Assembly: GCA_051047955.1 (NCBI GenBank)
Contig: JBPGPT010000019.1
Span: 62,001 to 126,000, forward strand
From: Cystobasidiomycetes sp. EMM_F5
Lineage: Eukaryota
Direction: 5' to 3'
Length of the DNA stretch: 64,000 nucleotides
The translations under genes and the position numbers were made by a program. Position 1 is the stretch's first letter. The number at the start of each line of letters is the position of its first letter. The notes beneath the pieces are model-generated. The model was not told where the DNA came from. It saw only the letters and a program-made list of their open reading frames with translations, and did no database searches. Below are positions 12,716 through 23,802 of the stretch, piece after piece.

Positions 12716-14008
12716 ATGTCACCGTCAATGGTTCCGACACCGCTGCGAGACCGGCTGGAAGCTGGTCAGCTAGCTATCTCACTTTCTGTCAGGCTCGTGT
12801 CGTCGGTGGAGATTGCGCAGATAGCGGCCACTGCTGGATGGCATGCAATACTTATGGATCTCGAGCACGGCGCGTGAGCATTCAATATCAAGCTAGGATG
12901 TCCGACTGTACCGGATACGTGCGGCTGACATTGCTGCACTATGACTACCCTGCTACTGAACTATTGGCCCGCGTGTTTAGGTTCTCTCTATATGAAGCCG
13001 GGCAACTTTGCGTAGCGGCGAATGCTGCTGGGGTCAGTCCTATTATCCGCGTACCAGAGAACACGTCTGGCTGGATCTCTCGCTCCTTCGACGCGGGTGC
13101 TCAAGCGGTCATCGTCCCACACATTGAAGTAGGTCGCAGCCAAAGCAGGACTCCCTTGTCTTTGAGCATGCTCTTCCAAGGCTCACTTGTCCGTACCATC
13201 ATCCTTTCGCAGACGGCCGAAGCAGCAGCACGTGTTGTTCGATACTCTCGCTTTCATCCGCGAGTACGTCCCGGCATCTTTACATGCGCACCAATACTTG
13301 CAACTGACGGGTTACCGGTTCGGTCTTCTTCAACCGTTAGGGCGAGCGCTCAGCTACCTACAGTCACCCGCTCCTCAAATTCAGTCCGGTGGCCGGCAAA
13401 ACGGCGACGGCGTTGGTCGACTCCAAGATCCTCGTGTTCTGCATGATAGAAAGCCGGCAAGGTGTCTCAAATGTCGAGTATGTCAATTGCGGGCCTTTGC
13501 CTTGCTACAGTAGGTAGTCGAGCTGATCGACTCTTGAATTGCGCTACGCTTAGAGCTATTGCTGCTGTCGAAGGAGTCGACGTCCTTCTCATCGGGTGTT
13601 CGGACCTGACTTTGGTGAGCGATGATTGTTTTTCGAAATTGGGGAGGGCTGACATTGCATTGATTGATACAGGATATGGACATACATCAGCAATGGGATC
13701 ATCCGGAACTCGATTCAGCCATCAAGCGTATATGCGACGCTGCCAAGAAGCACGGAAAGCACATCGGCCTGGGAGCACTTGGAGCACGCCCTGATCTCTT
13801 GGAGAAGTTTGGCGGCTACGGCGCACGGTGAGCCCTTTGTGAATCAATTGCTCTTATGTTCTACTGACGTCAGAGTGGACTCCGCGCGGTGTCAAATCTT
13901 AGCTTCATCATGGGCGCTGCCGACATGGGCTTGATTCTTTCTGGAGCAGCAAAGGCTGCGTCAAGCTTGGAGGAACTGAACTCGAGAATTACCGTCGTTG
14001 GGGTCTAA
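12716..14008 (+). CDS. HpcH/HpaI family class II pyruvate aldolase
   Basis: EIAQIAATAGWHAILMDLEHG; PIIRVP..ISRSFDAGAQAVIVPHIE; SRFHP..GER; FCMIES; IAAVEGVDVLLIGCSDLT. Confidence 0.9.
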
Positions 14009-14329
14009 ATGTGTTATTGTGAAATGTAGTACTAGACTTTTTGGGGGCTCCACCCGGTCAGAGTATGGCAGATGTGAAAGCGACCGTACCATGCACGCGC
14101 ACGATGTCAATGTGATCAGCGGCATGTGAGCAAACAGTCCATTTGGGCGCGTTCAGTCGTTTATCGGATCTTCCTCTTCTTGTTCAAAGGTCTGTGATGT
14201 TTACGATGCTGTGCAAATCGTGGCGGAAGGGATGCCGGCGGTCCCCATTGTCTCCACTTACGTGCAACCCGAGTCTTGTTTTCCTGGAAGCACGGACAAA
14301 TCTGTACATCTGCAGCGAAAGCGCTGACA

Positions 14330-17300
14330 ATGGAGGCGGAAGAGGGCAACGTACTGGGTACCGTGGGCGTCCGCCAGGCAGGCTCAACAGATGGCGGGGG
14401 CGGCAGGCGATATGCATTCGCGTGCAGCGGATGCAAGCGCCGTAAAGCACGTTGCGATGGGCAGCGGCCAGTGTGCACGAGGCGAGTTGGGCGCGAGGGC
14501 CACAATTGCAAAACGTAGCCGTCGCCGCAGACCACGACAAGATCTGAGACCTTTTGGGCTTTCCAGATGCGCTCGCCTAAAGGAGGAATGCTCATATGCG
14601 CCGTAAGCTATACCTTCTACTGTCCTCTTCCCGCTACAAACATGGTGAATGCAATCTGCCTGACTTCTGTGTCTACTATACACACCTGGCTTCTCGGAAC
14701 AGACTACCAGGCAAACAAGATAGCGTCGAGTGGTTGCGGGAGAAGCTTGAAGAAGCTCGCGCAACTATACGCAGTATGGCCGAGGCTGCCCAGAACGCGC
14801 CATCATCAGGAGCTGTAACCGGCACAGAAACGCCAATGTTCATCAGGTCGTCTGCAGGAACTCCCGATAATTCGCAGTCCATCGGCAATCGTCACAGCAG
14901 CGATGACCCTACAGAAAGTGTAGCTGAGTTGGTTCATCACAGTGAGCAAGCAGCCGCCCTTGTTCGAGTGCCGCGGAGAGTTGATTGTCATACAGTGAGT
15001 CTCGACGACGCTGGATCGTTACAGCATTACGGCACCAGTTCTCTGCTGTATCAGAAGCCATCGGAGACCATGGTCTCTGCCAAGTTGCTCATGCAAGCAA
15101 GGCAGACACCCGAAAGCGGGGAAACTTCGTCCGCACTGGCCAATCAGCCGGACTGGCAGAGTCTCGCTTACAGTACCTTGATGCTGCAAGAGCAACATAG
15201 CAATGCCGAGCGCCAGTGGCAGCTAGTGCAGACATACTTCACCTGGCTGAATCCGGTGAGGAGCGCATCGCTGAAGACATGTATCGTCTTAGACAGTCTG
15301 CTGAATGCGACTGCCATAGGAATTCAATATCGTGGTTCGCGCGGTGTTCTTCCGAGATATGGCTTTGTCTGGGCCATATTACAACCGGTTTCTGTTATGT
15401 TGTATCTGTGCACATGCGGCTAGATTCTCAGACGTCAACATGGATCTGGGCGGTATCCCTTCAGGCAAGGCTACCCCACCGATGTTCTGTGGCACCCAAG
15501 ATCTAGCCGAAGCCAAACAATTACTCATGATTGAGATGGAAAAGCCGACTTCGGTACCGACCATTCAAGGTCTGATGATCTTGGGATTGAGAGAGGCTGA
15601 ATGCGGAGGAACATCTCTTGCCTGGCTGTATATCGGAATGTAGGCCAATAGTCCGCTTTGTCATCCATTCCGCTATGCGTAGCTCGCTAGGCTCCTCTAA
15701 TATTTATACCGTAGGGCCTGGCGCATGCTGCGAGACCTCGGCCTCCACCTCGCCTCGAAAGCTCTAGGTTTGTGTCGATCTTTCTGTTACTTTACATGCC
15801 TTTTCTTATTTTGGCTTCAGCTGTCTATGGCGGCGTCGGCTTACCAGCGATGGACCAAGAAATACGACTACGTCTGTTTTGGTCGGCTTACTCAATCGAC
15901 AAATGCATTTCAATGGCATTAGGGCGATCACCCACATTCAACACCTGTGCGTGCATTGGGTAGCTCTTATGATTGGTCCGTGCTTACAGATTCTGCAGAT
16001 CAGCGACAAAGACCGAACATGATGAGTGAGCATCGCCTACTTTCGCAATAGAATGGCTTTACTTGACGCATTTCCAAGCCGATACAACGGAAGATGGCGA
16101 ATTATGGTCTCCTCTATCGATTGATGGGTCATCCCTACATTTCTTCGCAGCTTACCCAGGCTCGCCTGCATACAGTGCCAGCAATGCCCGTTATATGGCA
16201 ACATTGTGTATGGTAGGTGTAGAGTTCTTCATTTACACAAGACTGACGTGCGGTCCAGGTTGTATCAGATGTGATGCTGAAATTCTACATGCGCCGGCCG
16301 GATCTCAATCGTTCATTAGGTGAGCGAGTATCTTGTTGCGTTGGTAGTGGTTCGCTCAAGCTTGCGCAAAGACTTCTTACGCGATTCACAATTGAGATTA
16401 ACGTCTTGGTTCCGAGATTGGCCGCAAGCCATACGCTTTCCAGCTTCTGTCCATGTCGATTGCCCGCCTCCGCATATACTCTCTCTGAAGTAAGCCCAGC
16501 ATCTGATCGCAAGCTGTCATCTATCTCGTTTAACATTTCAAATTTATCGTACCGCAGTCTGCTTTACCGCGCTGCGACTATCTTGCTGCATCGACCATAT
16601 CTAGAGAACGATGAAAATGTTAGCTTGTCCGATCAGACCCGTGCGGCAATGCCACAGTCAATACGAATTGCAACCACCATGGCAGAAGAGATAGATATGC
16701 TCTTTGAATTGCATCGCCAATCGTGAGTTGCAACGAGCATTCTGCGAGCTTGCACCGCTACTTCTGTATTGACTATCCGTCTCATTACAGCTTCGGCTTG
16801 TGTCATTTGACGTACACAATGCTATATTGCTGTTATGCAGGAGCGAGCGTGAATGTCTTGGATTTTCTGACAGGAAGCAAGTTGGAGTCGAGTGCAGCTG
16901 CCGCGAGGTTAAGCCGAAGTTTACGAGTCTTGGAGAAAGGTGCTGGCCAATGTCCGACCCTCTTAGGAACGATACGAATCTTGAAGAGCAGGTTGCGCGC
17001 CGGCCCTAGCCTGGGCAAACGGGTGAGTGAGAGTCGCCGCGAGTTGACAGGCACGCGAACTGATCATATATGTCATAGGGACGATTGCCGGCTGACGAGT
17101 CGCCAGAGTCCGTTTCCAAGCGACAGCACATAGCAGAACAAAGACAAAGTGGTACAGCAATTCACATCGATTCTACGTCCATGCGGCTGGTCGATGGCGA
17201 CTATGCAGTACCGCAACAGGTCGCACAGGCTACTCCAAGCGAATCATCCGTGAGCTTACAACATCGTCTACCTCACCTCACATAAATTGTAGGCTACTAA

Positions 17301-17479
17301 AGGACATAATTTACCCTTTACAGGATTCCGAATGGGCATCAAATATCATGAGACAGGCTTTCACAGACCCTGCCCTTCAATCACCTTCATTATCTACTGA
17401 GACGCATCTGCATCCCCTGGGCCTGAAGGATCAGTCTTTCCTGCAAGGCGACGTCTTTGGTACGGGTATGATGATGTAG
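14330..17479 (+). CDS. Zn(II)2Cys6 transcription factor with fungal TF middle-homology region
   Basis: Spliced ACSGCKRRKARCDGQRPVCTRCARLKEECSY; later LVQTYFTWLNP, PTIQGLMILG, LRDLGLH, EIRLRLFWSAYSIDKCISMALGRSP. 3' end approximate. Confidence 0.9.
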
Positions 17480-17987
17480 GTTTCTCAGATTGCCGAAAGT
17501 CTTGCCTCTGACGTTTATGCACAAAAAGGCCGATGGGAACCCTCTGGGATATTGACAGCTATCTCTCCTATCAATCTGCTGAGTCTGCTTAAACACTTTT
17601 GCGATGTGGCAGCAATGAGAGCATGATCCTGCCTCCATCCACATACTTAGGGGTAGCAATGCCCATCAAACGTTGGCAAGCAGATTTGACGGCGACTTCC
17701 AGTCACTAATACTTTCATCGAATCGGCAACATGTGTCCACTTCCTAAGCCAATCACAGCGGCAAACGGTGGTTGCTCTAATATAATGCCGTACAGCCCTT
17801 CGAAGCCGACTTACACACTCAAGAATGGCTGGGCGAAATTGTGCAGGTGAAAGGGCAGGTGGCAGGCTTGTCTGGCTATTGCGAGTGCGCAGTCGCTTGT
17901 AGCCACGAGTCGAGTTGACCAGCCGTATGGCACAACGTCACGCTTGTAACACGTCTGCATGACGCCCTGTGGCTTTGCATGCCGCAG

Positions 17988-19331
17988 TCAAGTGCTATCC
18001 TGCACATACCGCTCACGCATGCGCAAGTTGCAAGCTTTCAGTCGAAAGGATGAGCGAAAATGTGTACAAAGCGGATCATTTTCGCGTATCGCCGTGCTAT
18101 TGAAAAGATCTGATTCGTCTTCCGGCCAGCCGGTAGCAGACTGTGACGTAGGTATTGACGCGTTTATCATTGCAAACAGTCCACCACACCACCATGAATA
18201 GCAACCATCCACGAGCTTATAGGAACGTCCTCGAAACCCGCCAGCTTCGATAGGAGAGCCTTGCATCGACAATGCCCATCGCAATAACAGCGGGACGTTG
18301 ATGGCTCTTCGAGCCTTACTTGACGGTTGTCCTGAGCCATAGTGTCCGTTCGTTTGCCCGTGCGTGGGCGCCAGAATAGTATTCGAGAGGTGTAAGGAAG
18401 GCGACGCTTGCAAAGCGAAATATGATGCGAAAGCGCAGAATGTGTATCCGCCGTGTGCTTCGCCTAGTGGGGCTGGGGACGCATTTGGAGTATAAGCAGG
18501 TGCAGGCTGAGAAGCTGCCGCCATGCCGCCTTCATACGTTTGACAGCTGGCGATGAAATCAGAAGTCCCTTTTGCCAGTTCCGGCGTTAAAATATTCAGA
18601 AGGACAGCAGTAGTTATTGCGCAATAACAGCCTCTACCACGTAGCCAAAGACTCAGTCTGTGTAAACGATTAGATGCATCCTGCGGGACATACCGAACAT
18701 CAACTTCGCCGCCTTTGTGCATGACGAATGATCCGTCCGCTTGTTTCAAAGTCAGCATCCAATTGTGAATAGCCTGTCTGTGTCGTGTATGTTAGGGTAT
18801 CTTAGACTACTGACCATTTGACATCATGCCTGCACACCTGTCTATCCAGTCCCAATCCTCGCTACCATCGCCAAGATAGCATAGTGCTGAGACGGTTGCA
18901 TAAGTTGGTGCCAAATGAGCCATCTGTCCTGGCCCTCCTCCAAATCCACCCTCTGTGGCATGATAGAAGCTCTTGAGCGTCGCGATAGCCTTCTTCCTTG
19001 TCTCCGCATCCAAACGCGTCCCAAGCAGAGCCAACGAATGCGCAACCCAGTAAACGAGCCACGGTCTAGATGCGTCCAGAGAGGTATATGGCGCCGGGAG
19101 GGGACTCAGGATACCTTTCAGCCATCTTATGTGCGCCTTTCGATTTAAGGCGAGCTCGTCTGTCCGCAACGGGACGGAGCTCGCTGGCTTTCCTGGCTGT
19201 GGGATGTACAGAGCCAACAGCTCTCGGATGACAGCCTCAGTCTGCGACTGCTCTTCTGTCGTTTCAGTCTCGACGCCATCTGTCGGCAGCGGTACCAGCG
19301 GAAACAGCAGCGACGACGACGACGAGGCCAT
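17988..19331 (-). pseudogene. RAM1: Farnesyltransferase beta subunit, 3'-truncated copy
   Basis: SLDASRPWLVYW, GGFGGGPGQMAHLAPTYA, GGEVDVRGCY, GEAHGGYTFC, GGFRGRSYKLVDGCYSWW. Homology stops near LFNSTAIRE (about 18080); I found no GGLxDKPxKxxDxYHTCY segment before the opposing TF gene. Confidence 0.7.
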
Positions 19332-19523
19332 GGAATGATGCGGACTGTAGCAGAGATTTGCAATGTAGGACAGAAACGTCCAGCACGGTCAAGGCAGCTC
19401 AAACCGCAATGTCATGCTGGATGCCGGCCAACAAAGCCCGCTGATCGGCTGCAATGACCTTTTGTTCCACGAGAGCCAGTGAAAGCATGCTCAGAAGATC
19501 GCGTTCAAGTTTGCGTTACAGCA
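19269..19523. repeat. Direct repeat, right copy (pairs with 1-248; may extend leftward through the truncated RAM1)
   Basis: Same match as the left copy, offset 19268 nt at the coding end. Confidence 0.95.
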
Positions 19524-19744
19524 AGGCGAACAACAGGCTCGGACACAACGATTTGCCGAATTCTGGCTGAATCTATGCTTGCCCAGGATGATCGTGCGAA
19601 TCAACTGTCAATGCTGATGTTTCCCACTGTCTCCGTACAGTACTTGCATAATTCTGTATTCTTGCTGGAATCAGAGATCTCACTCGACTTCCCCAATCGC
19701 TGATTGAGTGTGAAGAATGGGCCGCCGGCCTCGTTGCAACGCAA

Positions 19745-21186
19745 TCACAGAACCTTCGGTGCTGGCATCGGATCGTGTTCTGCCATAAACGTTTCCGGAT
19801 CTTCGTAGTGTCGGCACTCGAAGGCGACTTGGAAGTTCCTGTATAAATTCCTATAAAGGCGGTCGAACGCAAAGAGCGGATTTCTGTAAACAGCCAGAGT
19901 CTTCAGGAAGGGAAGTCGTTTCTGACCACCCTCGAAGAGGAAGTGCAGGCTGTGCGGATCTGCATAGCGATCGCGTATGATATGGAGTGTCTCTAAGGTT
20001 CGAAGCTGGAGAATATCCTCCGCATTGCCTGCCGGATCGTGGTAGTACAGCTTTCGCAGCGAGTGGCAGGCTCGCAGAATCAGGCTGCTGCATCCTCTCA
20101 GGCTAGGCAACCTTGTCCTTGGCATTGCATCGGACCCCTCAAGGTCACGTCGGAAAGCCGGGCGCTGATGCTGTTCCGCTTCAAGTGAAAGGCAGAGGAT
20201 TTCAATCTGCGGTGCTACAGCTACGACTGTAGAAATAAAGGCATCGCGCTCGAGGCCATATAGCCAGCTCAGACCGAGTTTTCGCAGGGTGCTACAGCAG
20301 ACAACAGTATCAGCCTGGTATCTTGTCGCCCAAGTGCAATCCGCATCACCCCCGTTGACTATTGAGGAGCCATTCAAAGTCTGTACTGGATAACGCACAG
20401 GCGTGCAAATGAAGAGATGTGAGTGCGAAGACTGGAAGAATGGTGGTATCTATGGTCTCAGGGTTGACTATTGCCTGAGATAACCTAAGACGCCGCAAAA
20501 GCGGGGCATTCGCAGCTAGTGCTTGTAAGCTCGCCGTGCGCTGGTAAGCATTGTACGGCCAAGAAGCGAGAAGCTCGGCGACGCATAGAGACGGCATGCC
20601 TGTCAGCATGGGAGCGGCTGCCTTGTCGTTGCCCACCATCGCTAAGGTGATCTGCCGGGCGTTGGCATACTTGCCTTCCGATGCAAATACAAGCTTAGCT
20701 TGTTCGGTAGCACGCAGTACGACTGAGGAGAGCGATCCACGGAGGTTGTATAGTTGATCCATCTTTCTGTATCGCTCGGCGTCCTCAAAGAACGATAGTT
20801 TGACATTTGTATACATCATCCTCAGGGAACTGTGGCGCCATACAGAATTGACGATGGATGCGCTGAACACAACCGGCCAATCAGTCAGCAGGTCAGGCCA
20901 CGTCTCACAGTACAGACGGACTCACGCGTAAAGATCAGCTGTGCTCGCCGGAGAAAGCCGCCATTGGCCTAGGTTGCTTCGCTCATCTTCGCTACCGTTG
21001 CGGTCAAACAGCGGCTGCCATTCGACCAGATGCACGAAGATGTTGTGCAGCAGCTCTGGCGTTTGCCATCGCATACCATAGTCGTCGGAACGATGGGTGT
21101 CTGTCGAAGCATTCTGACATTGAATACCTTGAGCGTGGATAGTCACAAGAGGATGGTAGTAAACTCACATGGCTTTCGTCGTCCAT
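19745..21186 (-). CDS. F-box-like protein with leucine-rich region, tandem copy 1
   Basis: WQTPELLHNIFVHLVEW..DLYA/ASIVNSVWR..MMYTNVKL resembles an F-box motif; LTSLHLHAC; LRKLGLSWL; PETFMAEHDPMP. Confidence 0.75.
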
Positions 21187-22072
21187 TCTCTCCTGCTCAC
21201 TTGCTCGTCCAACAATGTAGCGTCTTTTGCGCTGCTGGATGTCAGTTTCAGTCACTTCAGCTGGACCAATGCTGAGCGCGCGACTTCAATGGTGGCAGAT
21301 CATGCGGTGCTAGCACTGCGAGAGAGCCAACGTCGAGTGAGTTCAGGACTGTTCATGCTGGGTTGCGAAGGATATCGTTGACGCCGGCTTCCGCTGTTCA
21401 ACAGGTGCGACTCGTCTTCTCATGCCAACATTCATGACATTTGTGACCAGAGCTGGCGTTCATTCCACGCATCCATCGTTGATATTCATTCACAGCGACT
21501 GGCTGACTCGTCCTTGTGTTGGAAGCAAGCATGGCTGCCCGACTACTGATTTACTGATCCCTGACCTTGGACGATCTCGCTATCTCCACATTTCATGACT
21601 GAAGCATGGCCGCACCCGTCATCTGATGTTGACGCCGTCCATCTGCATCGCAGACGACAACTGCCTTGTTCATTGCATTGTTGCTGTGATGTCCAACTGT
21701 TGCGATCTAAATGATTGGTACTCGCACCTTGCCGTTTTGAATGCAGTAGAGCTCAGCATCTGTAAACGCGGTCTAATGTTACGGGTTGACTGTGACTGTG
21801 TCCACAGGACGGCAGACCCTCAAGGCGGCGTAATTTACACGAAAGTGTCGCCGCCAGCCAGGAAAACTACGTACCCACAGTGTGAAATCCGCTCAATCGT
21901 GGAGCTTCGTTACAGCGTGAACTTTATTACAGCACAGCTCGCATACTTCACACCTTACTTTCGTGCCGAATCAGTATCGTTTTGCATGCATTCTGTAACA
22001 ACACGCCGTCCGGCAGCAATGATCTATACTCCGACATATTCCAGCTTCAAAATTCGGCATAGCAGCTCACAA

Positions 22073-22107
22073 CCCTGTACTGTACCCTGTACTGTACCCT
22101 GTACTGT
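22073..22107. repeat. Minisatellite, about 3 x CCCTGTACTGTA
   Basis: ccctgtactgta ccctgtactgta ccctgtactgt read directly. Confidence 0.9.
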
Positions 22108-22337
22108 TTACATATTCAAATCGAGCTCGAATACCCCCTTTGCAGTACCTCATGGCCTTCTCAACCTAGACCTGTATCAACCAGCAGCAGGGCGACATAT
22201 TTGCGATAGCTCATTTCTTCATTGTTGATTCGACGCCTGCCCGTCTTCACTTTAAGCTCTGCTGAGTGCATCAGAGTGGCCGTATGAACAACCATCGCTG
22301 ACGCTGCGCCAGATGTATCGATCCTGACGAACTGTAC

Positions 22338-23802
22338 CTAGACGCTAGGCATGGGCATCGGGTCGTATTCCAGCATGAATGTTTCCGGAGTACCCATAGA
22401 ATGGAATTCCACATCGATACCGAAATCTTCAGCAAGGTATCGGTAGCGTGGGGTAAATCTGTGTGCGCGTGAAGAGCTGTGGATTACCAGTTTCCGCAGA
22501 GCTGAGAGCTGCTTCCTGCCATTCGTCCAGAGACAGTCCAGATTGGGCACATACTCATCGTGATCATCGAAAACATGCAAGATCTCCAACTCTTGAAGCT
22601 GGAGGAGATCTTGAACCTTCCCTGCAGTGTCATCATAATACAACGCCTTGAGGCGTGGGCAGGCGGACAAGATCACACCGCTGCAGCTGCTGAGACTCAA
22701 CAGGTCTTCGTCCGGCAAAGTCCCGTAGCGCTCCCAAGGCATTAGCTGGTACACTGGCAGAGTATATAATTGCGGCTCGAGCGCCAGACAAAGCACTTCG
22801 AGCTGCGACACGACGGGAACGACTGTGTTGACAAAGTCCTCCCGATGAAGTCCGTTGAGCCAGCTGAGGCCGAGATTACGGAGCCTGTCACGTATGTCAG
22901 CGGATTGCCTCTCAATATGGCTGTGTACGTACTGTGTCTGATTGCCAAGCAGCCATGCGAAGCAAGGTCCGGTGATAGCGCACTTATGCAGGTGCAGGGA
23001 TGTGAGGCAAAAGCTGGGGCTAGATTGGAGGTCGATGACTTCGGGGTTCAGTATTGCCCACGAGATCCGTAAGCGCAATAGGCGTAGAGCGCTCTTGGCT
23101 AGTGCTACCAAGCTGCATGTCCGCTTGTACATGAATAAAACAGGTCTGCCGTGTAGATCGCATGCTTGCAAGGTCTTCAGTGTTGCGATGAATGTAGCCA
23201 TTCTCGTATCGTCGTTTGTGCCCAACAAGACAATCTGTCGCAATCCGGCTGTGCATTCGGAACTCAGAGAGCCTGTGTCCGGCTCAGGGTGCGAATATTG
23301 GACTTTGAGATACCGCACTGAGCCTTCCAGAGCGTACTTTCGTGTGATTCCCAGTAGGTGCTCGACCTCATCATCCCAAGCAAGGGTTCTCGCAGTGTAC
23401 AGCAGCTTGAGTGCAACATGACGCCACTGTGTGCAGACAATAGACACACTGCGGATGCAAGCGTAAGCGACAATCAGCAGCCGTTCACTCAGACTTCCAG
23501 TGCTACTAGAGCGCCCTCACGCTTTCAGATCCTGCCTGCTACTGTCCGACAAGCGCCAGTGTCCAAGTCGCCTATGGTCTTCGTCTGACAGGTTGGGCGT
23601 TGCCAGCGTGAGCGTATGCCATTCAACCAAGTGCACGAAGATGTTGTGCAGAATATCTGTTGTCTGCCATCGTTCACGAGGATCGCTCAGACTGGCCGTG
23701 ATGGTGGAGACGGCCTGGCAGTCGAAGCGATATAGTCCAGCCTTCCGTCAGTCAACGAAGACTCTCCAAATCGCTCACACTCACTATGCCTCGTTCGTTC
23801 AT
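22338..23802 (-). CDS. F-box-like protein, tandem copy 2
   Basis: WQTTDILHNIFVHLVEW; SIVCTQWRHVALKLLY; LTSLHLHKC; LRNLGLSWL; PETFMLEYDPMP; same intron positions as copy 1. Confidence 0.75.

Noticed and set aside
709..17479. Secondary-metabolite biosynthetic cluster, suggested by the name cyclase
   Set aside because: No PKS, NRPS or terpene synthase; characterised PF04199 members are mostly hydrolases and the transporters are uptake-type.
17850..17880. DKP codons as the missing RAM1 C-terminal exon
   Set aside because: Preceded by an in-frame stop, with no GGL before or DxYH after.
250..18000. Starship-like or transposon-borne cargo
   Set aside because: No tyrosine recombinase, transposase, terminal inverted repeats or short target-site duplication recognised.
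22073..22107. CRISPR-like or telomeric repeat
   Set aside because: Three contiguous 12-mers with no spacers in a eukaryotic context; simple minisatellite.
21626..22228. 200-codon ORF in the F-box spacer
   Set aside because: Atypical composition, runs through a minisatellite, no family resemblance.
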